NCBI GenBank assembly: GCA_018401695.1
Contig: JAGYKD010000001.1
Coordinates: 125,651-189,650, forward strand
DNA: 64,000 nt
Reading direction: 5' to 3'
Source: Flavobacteriales bacterium
GTDB lineage: Bacteria; Bacteroidota; Bacteroidia; CAIKAF01
Shown: piece by piece, positions 29,680 to 39,034 of the stretch
Position numbering within the stretch: the stretch's first letter is position 1
Layout: each line of letters opens with the position of its first letter
Position numbers and translations under genes: made by a program
Notes under the pieces: generated by a model
Databases searched by the model: none
Told to the model about the DNA's origin: nothing
What the model saw: only the letters and a program-made list of their open reading frames with translations

Positions 29680-31455
29680 ATGGCAAAAAGCGACCGAAGT
29701 TCAAAACGCATAAGCAAGGTCTCCTTAAAACGCTCCTTGCGCTTGTACGGCTTTATGAGGCCCTACAAATGGCCTTTCATTCTTGGCTTAGCCTGTTTGG
29801 TGGTGAGCAGCTCCGCCTCTCTGTTGGTTTTTTCTTCCTTAGGCAAACTCATCGATTTTCAAGGGGAAGCACTGGGCCAACGGGTAAATCAACTTACTCT
29901 ACTGTTGGGAGGCGTTCTTCTGCTGCAAGCCCTGGCTTCGTTTTTGAGGATTTACACTTTTGCCTGGGTCACTCAACGCACCATCGCAGCCATTCGGCAG
30001 GCGGTGTTCGACAAGCTGCTCAGCTTGCCTGTGGCCTGGTACCAAAAACAACGTAGCGGCGAAATTTCGAGCCGGGTCACCGCCGATATTTCGGCGGTGC
30101 AAGACTCGCTAACCACCTATTTGGCCGAATTTATCCGCCAAATTATTATTGTGTTTGGCACGGTGTTCATTCTTATGGCCTCTTCTCCCAAGTTGGCTTT
30201 ATTTATGATGGGCACCCTTCCGGTAATGGCTGTTTTGGCGGTTTTTTTTGGCAGATTCGTGCGCAAACTTTCCAAAAAAGCGCAAAATGAGGTGGCCGAA
30301 TCTACCCATTTGCTCGAAGAGGTGCTGCAAGGCATATCCACCGTTAAGGCCTTTACCGCCGAGTGGATTCAGTCCGCCCGGTATAAAAAGCTTACCGACG
30401 CTGTCATTCATACAGGCATGCGCAACGCCGTGTATCGGGGCTTGTTTGCGGTGTTCATTATCCTGTTTTTGTTCGGAGCCATTATTTCCATAGTTTGGTA
30501 TGGCTCTCATTTGGTGGCACAAAACGAATTGTCGCATGGCGATTTGTTCAGCTTTTTTATGCTTAGTGGCCTCATGGCGGGCTCCGTTGGTGGACTTGCC
30601 GATACTTACTCGCAAATGCAAAAAGCCATTGGCGCCACCGAAAGCCTGCTCGACATTTTGGATGCCCGGGTTGAGCTAAGCGAGCTCAAGGCCCCCCAAA
30701 GCCTACCCAAGCCCAAGGGCCATTTGCGCTTTGAGCAGTTGAGCTTTAGCTACCCCAACCGTTCCGAACAACAAGTGCTGCAAGAGCTAAACCTGGACAT
30801 CCCCGCAGGAAGTACCTGCGCCATTGTTGGCAGCAGCGGAGCAGGTAAATCTACCTTGTCTTATTTATTGATGCGGTTTTACCAACCGAGTTCCGGGCGC
30901 ATTCTTTTGGACGGCCAAGACATTGCAGACCTGGACCTGGGCGCCTACCGCTCCCTCTTGGGCTATGTGCCGCAAGATGTGATGCTGTTTAGTGGCAGCA
31001 TCCGCGAAAACATTGCCTATGCCAGACCCCAGGCTGCTCAAGATGACATTGAGTACGCCGCAGAAATGGCCAACGCCGCTCAATTTATCGAAGAGCTGCC
31101 TCAAGGCTATAATACCCAGGTGGGCGACCGCGGTACCCAACTCAGCGGTGGCCAAAGGCAACGCATTGCCATTGCTCGGGCTGTTCTGGCCAACCCCTCC
31201 CTTCTCATTTTGGACGAGGCCACCAGCAGCCTCGACACCGCCTCCGAAAAGTTGGTGCAAGAAGCCCTGGAACGCCTAAGAAAAGGACGCACCAGTTTGG
31301 TTATAGCCCACAGGTTAAGTACCATACGAAATGCACAGCAAATTGTAGTCCTCCAAAACGGCAAAGTAGCCGAAACCGGAACCCACGAGTCGCTGCTGCA
31401 ACAAGGCGGCATTTATGCCGGATTGGTGCGCTTGGATGAAGGATCAAACGCTTAA
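29680..31455 (+). CDS. ABC transporter permease/ATP-binding protein (MsbA/MdlB-like)
   Basis: TM domain plus [32 protein letters not shown]. Confidence 0.93.
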   Translation: MAKSDRSSKRISKVSLKRSLRLYGFMRPYKWPFILGLACLVVSSSASLLVFSSLGKLIDFQGEALGQRVNQLTLLLGGVLLLQALASFLRIYTFAWVTQRTIAAIRQAVFDKLLSLPVAWYQKQRSGEISSRVTADISAVQDSLTTYLAEFIRQIIIVFGTVFILMASSPKLALFMMGTLPVMAVLAVFFGRFVRKLSKKAQNEVAESTHLLEEVLQGISTVKAFTAEWIQSARYKKLTDAVIHTGMRNAVYRGLFAVFIILFLFGAIISIVWYGSHLVAQNELSHGDLFSFFMLSGLMAGSVGGLADTYSQMQKAIGATESLLDILDARVELSELKAPQSLPKPKGHLRFEQLSFSYPNRSEQQVLQELNLDIPAGSTCAIVGSSGAGKSTLSYLLMRFYQPSSGRILLDGQDIADLDLGAYRSLLGYVPQDVMLFSGSIRENIAYARPQAAQDDIEYAAEMANAAQFIEELPQGYNTQVGDRGTQLSGGQRQRIAIARAVLANPSLLILDEATSSLDTASEKLVQEALERLRKGRTSLVIAHRLSTIRNAQQIVVLQNGKVAETGTHESLLQQGGIYAGLVRLDEGSNA

Positions 31456-31478
31456 ATCAAAGTTATTTTTTAGGTTTT

Positions 31479-31623
31479 GGCCGCCTGAACCGGGCCCTCC
31501 CTCCTGCCCGGGCTTGGGAAAACCTCGTCCTCATTAGGCCGTGCGGGGGCTTCTTGGGTCGCCTCCACCGGCCTATTTGGTCGGGCTTCCCCAATCCCGT
31601 GCATCCGTGCCGGTCCCTGGCGG
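31479..31623 (+). repeat. Intergenic hairpin element E4
   Basis: GGCCGCC..CCGGGCCCTCC 5' end, loop TTCTTGGGTC, 3' end CGTGCCGGTCCCTGG. Confidence 0.82.
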
Positions 31624-31649
31624 TTAAGCTCCGAAAAAAAAATGAGCAT

Positions 31650-32192
31650 TTAAGGGTGCCAGGGCACATCCTCTCGCCCCGCATCCGCATTAAACTGCCG
31701 AGCCAGGGTAAATAAATAATCCGAAAGGCGGTTCAAAAAGGCCAGCAATTCGGGAGCCAAGCCCTCCTGCTCGTTCAGGGCCGTGCACAAGCGTTCTGCA
31801 CGTCGACACACGCACCGAGCTACATGCGCTTGAGAAGCCGAGGAAGCTCCACCGGGCAAAATAAAGGTCTTGAGCGGGTTTAAGCCCTCATCCATTCGGT
31901 CTATCCAGGTTTCTAATTCCAGCACAGCAGTGGCAGGCCAGGCCGGCAAATGCGGATGTTCCTTTCCCGGGGCGGCAGCCAAATGGGATCCCAATACAAA
32001 CAAATGGTTTTGAATGGATTGGATTTGGGGCAAATAGGCCAAGCCTTCTTGGGTAGAGGCGAGCATGCCCAGCCAAGAATTCAATTCATCTACCGTACCG
32101 TAGGCTTCAATACGCAAATGGTGCTTGGGCAAACGCGTGCCTCCGAACAGGGAAGTTTCGCCTAAATCGCCTTTTTTGGTATAAATTTTCAT
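31650..32192 (-). CDS. pduO: Cob(I)alamin adenosyltransferase (PduO type)
   Basis: [45 protein letters not shown]. Confidence 0.93.
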   Translation of the reverse strand: MKIYTKKGDLGETSLFGGTRLPKHHLRIEAYGTVDELNSWLGMLASTQEGLAYLPQIQSIQNHLFVLGSHLAAAPGKEHPHLPAWPATAVLELETWIDRMDEGLNPLKTFILPGGASSASQAHVARCVCRRAERLCTALNEQEGLAPELLAFLNRLSDYLFTLARQFNADAGREDVPWHP

Positions 32193-32911
32193 GAATCTTC
32201 AAGGTTTGGGGGAATTTCGAGACGGATAGGCTCGTTGGGCTCATCGGATTCAATAAGGCCGTCCCGCAAGCGCACAATGCGGGTGGCGTGTCGGGCAATG
32301 TCCTCTTCGTGGGTTACCAAAATAATGGTGTTACCTGCGGCCCTAAGCGCATCAAAAAGGGCCATGATTTCGTAAGAGGTACGTGTATCCAAGTTTCCTG
32401 TGGGCTCATCGGCCAGCAGAATGGTAGGTTCGTTTACCAAGGCTCTGGCCACCGCCACCCGTTGCCTTTGCCCGCCCGAAAGTTCGTTGGGTTTGTGTTT
32501 CATTCGATCGCCCAGGCCCACTTGTTCGAGCACCGTTTTGGCCCGTTCCAGTCGTTTGCTCTTAGAAATTCCTGCATAAATTAAGGGCAGGGCCACGTTT
32601 TCTAAGGCGGTATATCGCGGCAATAAATTAAAGGTCTGAAAAATAAAACCGATTTCGTGGTTTCGGATTTCGGCCAATTGATTGTCGTTCAGTTTACTTA
32701 CATCTTTACCATTGAGCAAATATTTGCCACCGCTGGGCGAATCCAGGCAACCAATAATGTTCATAAAGGTTGACTTACCGGAGCCTGAAGGCCCCATAAA
32801 TGCTACGTATTCGTTTTTTTGGATAGAAATATCAATGCCCTTAAGGACCTTAATGACTTCCTTCCCCAAAATAAACTGCCGCAAGAGCTGTTCGGTGCGA
32901 ATAACCTCCAT
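32189..32911 (-). CDS. ABC transporter ATP-binding protein (LolD/MacB-like)
   Basis: [34 protein letters not shown]. Confidence 0.93.
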   Translation of the reverse strand: MEVIRTEQLLRQFILGKEVIKVLKGIDISIQKNEYVAFMGPSGSGKSTFMNIIGCLDSPSGGKYLLNGKDVSKLNDNQLAEIRNHEIGFIFQTFNLLPRYTALENVALPLIYAGISKSKRLERAKTVLEQVGLGDRMKHKPNELSGGQRQRVAVARALVNEPTILLADEPTGNLDTRTSYEIMALFDALRAAGNTIILVTHEEDIARHATRIVRLRDGLIESDEPNEPIRLEIPPNLEDS

Positions 32912-33005
32912 GAAGCAAGTTTACCAAATAAAATGGCTTGTTGCGGTTAATAAAGGTGAAAAGGTGTGGGTGGGAAAAAAACACCACAATTTCGCATACT
33001 ATTTA

Positions 33006-33203
33006 TCAATAATTCATTCCAAAGGCCCAAAGCGGTACCACGTTCCGATACCCATATTCCATATCGTCCTTTACAATGAATGATGTATCTGCTTGTGTCG
33101 CTTGATTCTGTTGTTTGTGCTTACCTCCAACCTCAAAGGTATACCCCTCTATCCTAAAATTGGATTTTTTGGAAGAAATGACTTCATTATTCACGTGCAC
33201 CAA
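33006..33203 (-). pseudogene. C-terminal remnant of a Bacteroidota AAA-family ATPase (DUF4143-like tail)
   Basis: TFEVGGKHK..IVKDDMEYG.RNVVPLWAFG; in-frame TGA immediately upstream, no Walker motifs. Confidence 0.6.
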
Positions 33204-33606
33204 GAATCAAAGAAATACAAAACGCACAACGCATTGAGCAATTTTCAAGAAATTTGCTCATCCCGTTGCGCACATTTGACAAGAGATTCCTACTCAGGGC
33301 TTGGGTTAACTCATGGAGACCTTTGACGCCATGCGAGTGCCGAGCGGCATTTACTTAGCTTTTCTAAAGTGGTCGACTTCCATTTTAGCCAAATTAAAAT
33401 CAAATTTAGAGGTTCTTGTTGTCCAGTTTTGTTGGGGCTGCAGCCTTTTGCACACTTTTTTAGACATTAGCGGCCTCTAGTTTTTGATCGTTATTGGACA
33501 TAATTTTTTGATTTGCCCAAAGTTGAGAAGAGCTTTTGGAGGTGAAGAATATGGGGTTGGCTGAATGCTTACTTCAATTCTTGCTGTTATTTCGCCTCTT
33601 TGAATT

Positions 33607-34595
33607 TCACATTTTCGGTTCAACTATTATTGTCCACGAAATGGATTGTAATCGCTCTTGAATCATTTTTAACGTTTTTAAAATATCCTTTTCATTTGGC
33701 AATTCGCCATAGACCAAACTTTTAAAAACAGCTGAATAAGTAGGGTTTATTTCACTCCAAACACTATCCAATTCTTTGAAGATAAGGGCTTCCTTTGGGT
33801 GGTGCATGAGCCATTTATTATTATTCCTGAAACTTGCCACATCATCAATGGCTACTTTCAAAAGCATTTCATCAAAAGACTTTGAATGAAAGAATTCTGA
33901 ATACACCTCTTGTTTCAATAGCTGATGCAAATCGTAGGTGTGGCGTATCTTTTTCTTTAAATCTTCTATTGGATTTTCACCATAAGAAAAACGAACCAAG
34001 CTCATTATTTTTTCGCAAATGGTTCTGATGGGCTCTAATACCAATACATCAAAAGGAAGCAAATTATTTTCTTCAGCAATTTGGGCTTGTTGAGCATCTA
34101 CCATCATTTGCCCTACGAATGAAATGATGCTTTTGGTGGTGTAAGGCTCATAATATCCCAGCCAAGTAGATTCTAAAATGATGACGTCTCTTACTTGCCC
34201 ATAATCACCTTTGAATTCTTTGTTGTAGGAATGTGCCGTTTTTCTATTCATTCCCATTTTATGGGTGATACCTTCAATAGGGACTTCTGGCAAAATGCTT
34301 TCTACAACCTTGCTTACGGTCTTTAATTTTGATTTTAACCTGCTGTCTGTTTCTCCTTCACGCCTTAACACTACCAAATCAATATCTTCAGAAAATCGGT
34401 CTATCATCTGGTAACATTTAGACAATGCGGTACCGCCTTTGAATACGGTGTCGTTGGCTATTTCATTTTTGAAAATGGTAAACAAAGCAAGGTCACCCAA
34501 TAGTCTTTTTCTACATATTCGGGCTTTAGCTTCATTTTTTGGGCGGCAAACCGAATGGCATCCTTGTAAAGTGCTATGTTCTCGTGCAGCCTCAT
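33607..34595 (-). pseudogene. abiEii: AbiEii nucleotidyltransferase toxin, frameshifted near codon 36
   Basis: ATG 34595 overlaps the antitoxin stop and reads MRLHEN...YVEKDYWVT. A 1-nt shift at ~34489 then joins ALFTIF..VFKGGTALSKCY..RFSEDIDL. Span 989 bp = 3n-1. Confidence 0.82.
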
Positions 34596-35320
34596 TCGAT
34601 ATACCAATTTGATTTTGTGGGCAATTCACTCTCTTTTACGCCCAATTTTATGATAGTTAGTGGGTTTAAACTGTCTTTTAACTTTTCAATGCCTTGTGCT
34701 TTGCTGCCTAAATTTTCCAATATGGCGCCTACTAATGCGCGCACTCTTGGCGGATACTTCAAAGCATATTTGAGTAAGCTTGCGGTTTGCTTTTCGTTAA
34801 GCTCTTTTACTATGGCCCTTAGTCTATTTATTGCCTCACCCACAGAGCAATCAGGAATTTTTTTAATGTCTTTGAATGCATCCAACAAGCCTAATGTCTC
34901 CCAATTAATATCGGTCACTTCGGCATAACTTTTTACGGCATCAGCTTTTAGGTTTTCCCGATTGATGTTGACGCGTTTTCCTCGACTCGCAATTTTAATG
35001 CGGAATGCCATTTGAGTAGTTAAGCCCAAACGATTGTAAAGTGAAGTGCCTGTTTCGTAAGCCACTCGCTTACCGTTTTCAAACAAATAAGGGCGGAGCA
35101 ATTCGCCGTAATCGGGTTTTAGTTCGCCAAATACGGTTTGCTCAGGTTTGTAAAACACCCCTTTGGAAACTTTCTTTATCAACCCTTCCTTTTGCAGCCG
35201 TTCTAAGACTTTGGCTGCTGTGGTATAGTCTTCTTTGGCAATACGCAAATCGTCATAACCAAAGGTTTGCCCTTCGGGTAGCTGTTGTATTCGTTTGCGC
35301 ATTTCTGTTGCCAATGCCAT
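34592..35320 (-). CDS. abiEi: AbiEi-type antitoxin / wHTH regulator (DUF6088-like)
   Basis: LERLQKEGLIKKVSKGVFYKP, LYNRLGLTTQ; directly upstream of AbiEii; start ATG 35320 with TATCTTTG box at 35325-35332. Confidence 0.8.
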   Translation of the reverse strand: MALATEMRKRIQQLPEGQTFGYDDLRIAKEDYTTAAKVLERLQKEGLIKKVSKGVFYKPEQTVFGELKPDYGELLRPYLFENGKRVAYETGTSLYNRLGLTTQMAFRIKIASRGKRVNINRENLKADAVKSYAEVTDINWETLGLLDAFKDIKKIPDCSVGEAINRLRAIVKELNEKQTASLLKYALKYPPRVRALVGAILENLGSKAQGIEKLKDSLNPLTIIKLGVKESELPTKSNWYIE

Positions 35321-35345
35321 AATGCAAAGATAGTTATGATTTTGT

Positions 35346-35379
35346 AATGTCAGGTTTTTGGCGCTAAAAACTTGACATT
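35346..35379. promoter_or_regulatory. Inverted repeat, candidate AbiEi operator
   Basis: AATGTCAGGTTTTT-GGCGCT-AAAAACTTGACATT (14-bp arms, one mismatch) just upstream of the -7 box. Confidence 0.7.
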
Positions 35380-35480
35380 TTGTACTGATAAACATCTTCC
35401 TCTTTCTTTCCGTTCGAACCTGTCGGCATTTCCGGCTAGTTCTATTTTTGGGGAAGCCTACACCCCGACTTATATACTAG

Positions 35481-36782
35481 GAGACCGTTGACGTTTTCCA
35501 CCAACAAGCCCTTTATTGATGCTTATTCTTGATTTTTTCCGACTCAATTTCGAGATTTTATAAGTTTTTCGAATGTTTTGGTCTCATTTTTGGCCTTTTT
35601 TTCGTGCCATTTTGGGCGAAATCGCCCTCCTTTTCCTCCTTTTTTAACTCATGGACATAACTATCCCAGGGGATCGTTTTAAATTGTAGGCTATGGCTTC
35701 CATTAGATGTTGGGTATGGGTTTTTTCCAACCCAGCGTACCTTGCCACTCCCGACTTAAACCATCGTTTTATTCCTCCAAAGCTTCGCTCTATCGGATAA
35801 CGGTGCTGGGTAATAAAATCGTTCATCTCTTGCTTTGCCCTTGATAAAGTTTTGCCTCTTGACTTTTTATGCATGATGCCGTTCTTTAGCCCCATCTTCT
35901 TTAGCAACTTCTCATTCTTTTGACTTCGATAACCCTTATCACCAAACAACCTGGCACCCTTTTCAATGGGTACATTCGCTAGTACAACCTCTAAATTGCT
36001 AATTTCATTCACATTGGCCTCCGTGGTGTGGATGCCTATAAATAAGCCATTAGGATCGCTAACGGCATGTGCCTTGTAACCGAAGGTAAAGTCCCCGCCT
36101 TTGCACACCCAGCGCGCCTCATCATCTACGCCGGGCTGTTTGACTTTGACAAGCTTGAGTTGCTCCTTTTCCTGCTCGGGATCTTTTGGGTCTTCCAGAT
36201 CATTCGTAATCTCATAGGTAGCTTTACCCTTTGGGCTTCTTGGGCTTCTGGTCAGCGTGGCATCTACAATGGCTCCCTCTTTAACGATAATCCCCTTCTT
36301 CATCCGCTGCTTATTGATTTCTTTGAAAAGCTTTTCAAAGGCTTTTGTCTTAGTAAGCTCGGTGCGGAACTTAGAGACCAAACTATGGTCAGGAGAAGGA
36401 AAGTCTAAGGGAAGTCCAATAAACTCGCTGCATGCAAAAGAGTCGTTCACCCTATCCTCTACCTGATAATCATTAAGTCCATACCAAGTTTGAAGCAAGA
36501 GCATTTTAAAAAGAAGCAAACCAGGAACAGATGGCTGTCCATTGGCGGAATGCCCTTTGGTGTAATACTTATGAATAATGTTTTGAATGGGGCGCCAGTC
36601 GATTATCTGGTCAACATTTCTAAGGAAATCTCTGGTTTTGCTTTTTCTGCCCTCTTAGGCCAAGTCAAAAAAGGAGGGGCGATTGCTTTTTTCCATGGTC
36701 AAATATAAGAAAAAATCGGCAAATAACCCTGCAACAAACTGTTTATAAGTATGTTAAATTAAAATGACGCGTCAACAGTCTC
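35481..36782 (-). mobile_element. IS5-family insertion sequence (1302 bp)
   Basis: Terminal IRs GAGACCGTTGACG (35481-35493) and CGTCAACAGTCTC (36770-36782), one mismatch; encloses a DDE transposase. Confidence 0.88.
35644..36696 (-). pseudogene. IS5 transposase with in-frame TAA at codon 14
   Basis: MEKSNRPSFFDLA*EGRK...IDWRPI...LLFKMLLLQTWY; IVDAT, GYKAH, GDKGY, RYPIERSFG. Confidence 0.85.
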
Positions 36783-36853
36783 AAAATGTGCAAGTTCTTG
36801 AGCTTTTCTTTTGTAATTGGAGCACCTTGGCCCCAACCCCAACCAAACCCAAC

Positions 36854-36922
36854 ATGTAGAGATTTTTGCTCCAACAAATCACTAATAATCAGAAAGTTAA
36901 ACAAAAAAATGTAGAGATTTTT
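36854..36922. repeat. ATGTAGAGATT direct-repeat pair, 55-bp period (locus A)
   Basis: Copies start at 36854 and 36909. Confidence 0.65.
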
Positions 36923-36953
36923 TCCGAACGAAAATCCCAAAAACGGAGCTTAA

Positions 36954-37099
36954 GCGCCCCGGCGGAGGGCAATTAGCCTGCCGAACCAGGTGGCCCAGCA
37001 GCCGCAGGGGCAAGAGCGACCACAGGAAGCTCCTTGGCCATGCATGGCTGCGTTGCCATCCTAGGAGGCAGCTAATGGCCGGAGACGGATTAGGCGCCC
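36954..37099 (-). repeat. Intergenic hairpin element E5
   Basis: Minus strand GGGCGCC start 7 nt after the MBL gene stop; loop TTCCTGTGGTC closed by GGAGC/GCTCT. Confidence 0.75.
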
Positions 37100-37106
37100 A
37101 AACCCT

Positions 37107-37883
37107 TTAATCAAACTCCAAAGCCAGGCCATCGTAGGCCAATTGCATGCCCTTGGGTAGGGATTGGCTCACCTCCTCGTGGCGGCCCAAATAGTGCGAA
37201 ATGTGGGTGAACCAGGCCTCTTTGGGCTGTAAATGGTGCATGAGCGAAACGGCCTCCGCCAAATTGAAATGCGACACGTGCGGCTCCAAACGCAAGGCGT
37301 TTAGGGCAATAACTGCGGCTCCCTCCATTTTTTGCAATTCTTCGGGAGCAATGTAATTGGCATCGGTAACGTAGCAAAAGTCGCCTATGCGGAAGCCAAG
37401 TACGGGCAAACGGTGGTGCATTACCTGAATGGGTATAAAATGCAGATCTCCAATGCTGAATGGCTCCAAACCAATGGTTTTCAACTCCAGGTTGGGAACT
37501 CCGGGATACTTTTTCTCGGCAAAAGCATAGTGAAACTCGCGGCGCAAGGCGGTTTCTACCTGAGGGGTGCAATAGAGGGGCATGTCGGTCTTTTGGGAGA
37601 AATTAAAGGCCCTTACGTCGTCTAAGCCCGCTACATGATCCTTATGCTCGTGGGTAAACAACACGGCATCTAAGGTCTTTACCTGTTCGCGGAGCATTTG
37701 CTGCCTAAAATCGGGACCGGTGTCAATGACCACGCGGGTATGGGCGGTTTCGACCATGATGGAACTCCGCAGACGCTTGTCTTTACCGTTAAGGGATGTA
37801 CATACCTCGCAATCGCAAGCAATTACTGGGACTCCCTGCGAAGTGCCGGTTCCTAAAAAGGTTATTTTGAGGGAGCCGGCCAT
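37107..37883 (-). CDS. MBL-fold metallo-hydrolase (PhnP-like)
   Basis: LGTGTSQGVP, DTGPDFRQQ, THEHKDHVAGLDD, THISH. Confidence 0.92.
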   Translation of the reverse strand: MAGSLKITFLGTGTSQGVPVIACDCEVCTSLNGKDKRLRSSIMVETAHTRVVIDTGPDFRQQMLREQVKTLDAVLFTHEHKDHVAGLDDVRAFNFSQKTDMPLYCTPQVETALRREFHYAFAEKKYPGVPNLELKTIGLEPFSIGDLHFIPIQVMHHRLPVLGFRIGDFCYVTDANYIAPEELQKMEGAAVIALNALRLEPHVSHFNLAEAVSLMHHLQPKEAWFTHISHYLGRHEEVSQSLPKGMQLAYDGLALEFD

Positions 37884-37885
37884 GC

Positions 37886-39034
37886 TTAGGCTGTCTGGGC
37901 TTTACCTTTCCAGATGCCGGTTAAAATTGCCAGCGCACGCTCTACTTCTTCTTCGGTGGTGTACCTCGAAAAAGAGAATCGGACTCCGGGGCGTCCTACC
38001 GGGGCTCCGATATGCGCCAACACATGGCTGCCGGTTTGGGCTCCTGAAGAGCAGGCACTGCCGCCGCTGGCGGAGATTCCGTGGATGTCCATTTTCATTA
38101 GAAACATTTCGGCGTCCGGGGTTTCCGGAAAACTTATGTTGAGTACGGTATACAAATCGGTGCCGTCGGTTACTCCATTGCATTCCAATCCGGGAAACTC
38201 GTTTTGCAAGCCTTCCAACATTCGGAGTTTGAGGCTACGTATGCGGGCAGCATGTTGGTCCATACCTTCCACGGCCAAGCATAGGGCTTTGGCCAGCCCG
38301 GCTATGCCGTAAAGGTTCTCGGTTCCGGCGCGCAAATTGCGTTCCTGGGCGCCTCCGGTAATGAAAGGGGCAAGTTTTACACGGTCGTGGTCGATGTACA
38401 AAAATCCCACTCCTTTGGGGCCGTGCAGTTTGTGTGCGGAGCAGGTGACCATATCTACCGGCATGGATTTTAGGTCAAAAGGGAAGTGCCCCATGGTTTG
38501 GACGGTATCGGAATGAAACAAGGCCCCGTATTTGCGGCAAAGCTGCCCTACCTCGTGGAGGTCAATGGTGGTGCCGATTTCGTTGTTGGCGTGCATGAGC
38601 GAAACCAAAGCATTCTTGGATTGGGCAAGGCAATTTTCCAAATGTTCCATGTTGAGCCGCCCAAGGCGGTCGTGTGGAATCCAATCAGCCTTAACTTTTC
38701 CTTCGGCTTCGAGGGCTTCAATGGTATGGGTTACCGCATGGTGTTCAATAGGCGAGCTAATGATATGTTGAATTCCCATGACTTCTACGGTTTTGCGCAG
38801 GGCCATATTGTCGGCTTCGGTACCGCCGGAGGTAAAGCATATTTCGGCGGGTGCGGCGCCCACCAGTTCTGCCACTTGTCTTCTTGCCTTTTCAAGGTAG
38901 GCTCTGGCCTGGCGTCCATGGCCGTGAATGGAAGAAGGATTCCCAAAACAATCCCTCATGATGGTTTGCATTTCCTGAATCACCTCTTCGGCCATGCAGG
39001 TGGTTGCGGCATTGTCTAAATAAATGCGGTTCAT
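37886..39034 (-). CDS. iscS: Cysteine desulfurase
   Basis: YLDNAATT, GNPSSIH, FTSGGTEADN, MHANNEIG, SAHKLHGPKG, SGGSACSSG. Confidence 0.93.
   Translation of the reverse strand: MNRIYLDNAATTCMAEEVIQEMQTIMRDCFGNPSSIHGHGRQARAYLEKARRQVAELVGAAPAEICFTSGGTEADNMALRKTVEVMGIQHIISSPIEHHAVTHTIEALEAEGKVKADWIPHDRLGRLNMEHLENCLAQSKNALVSLMHANNEIGTTIDLHEVGQLCRKYGALFHSDTVQTMGHFPFDLKSMPVDMVTCSAHKLHGPKGVGFLYIDHDRVKLAPFITGGAQERNLRAGTENLYGIAGLAKALCLAVEGMDQHAARIRSLKLRMLEGLQNEFPGLECNGVTDGTDLYTVLNISFPETPDAEMFLMKMDIHGISASGGSACSSGAQTGSHVLAHIGAPVGRPGVRFSFSRYTTEEEVERALAILTGIWKGKAQTA

Noticed and set aside
33607-34629. 340-aa intact AbiEii as given by the ORF track
   Set aside because: Its first ~48 residues are the wrong frame; the family-like N-terminus is in another frame
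35408-35440. GGTTCGAA on the minus strand, resembling a tRNA T-loop or integration site
   Set aside because: No pairing T-stem, acceptor stem or CCA
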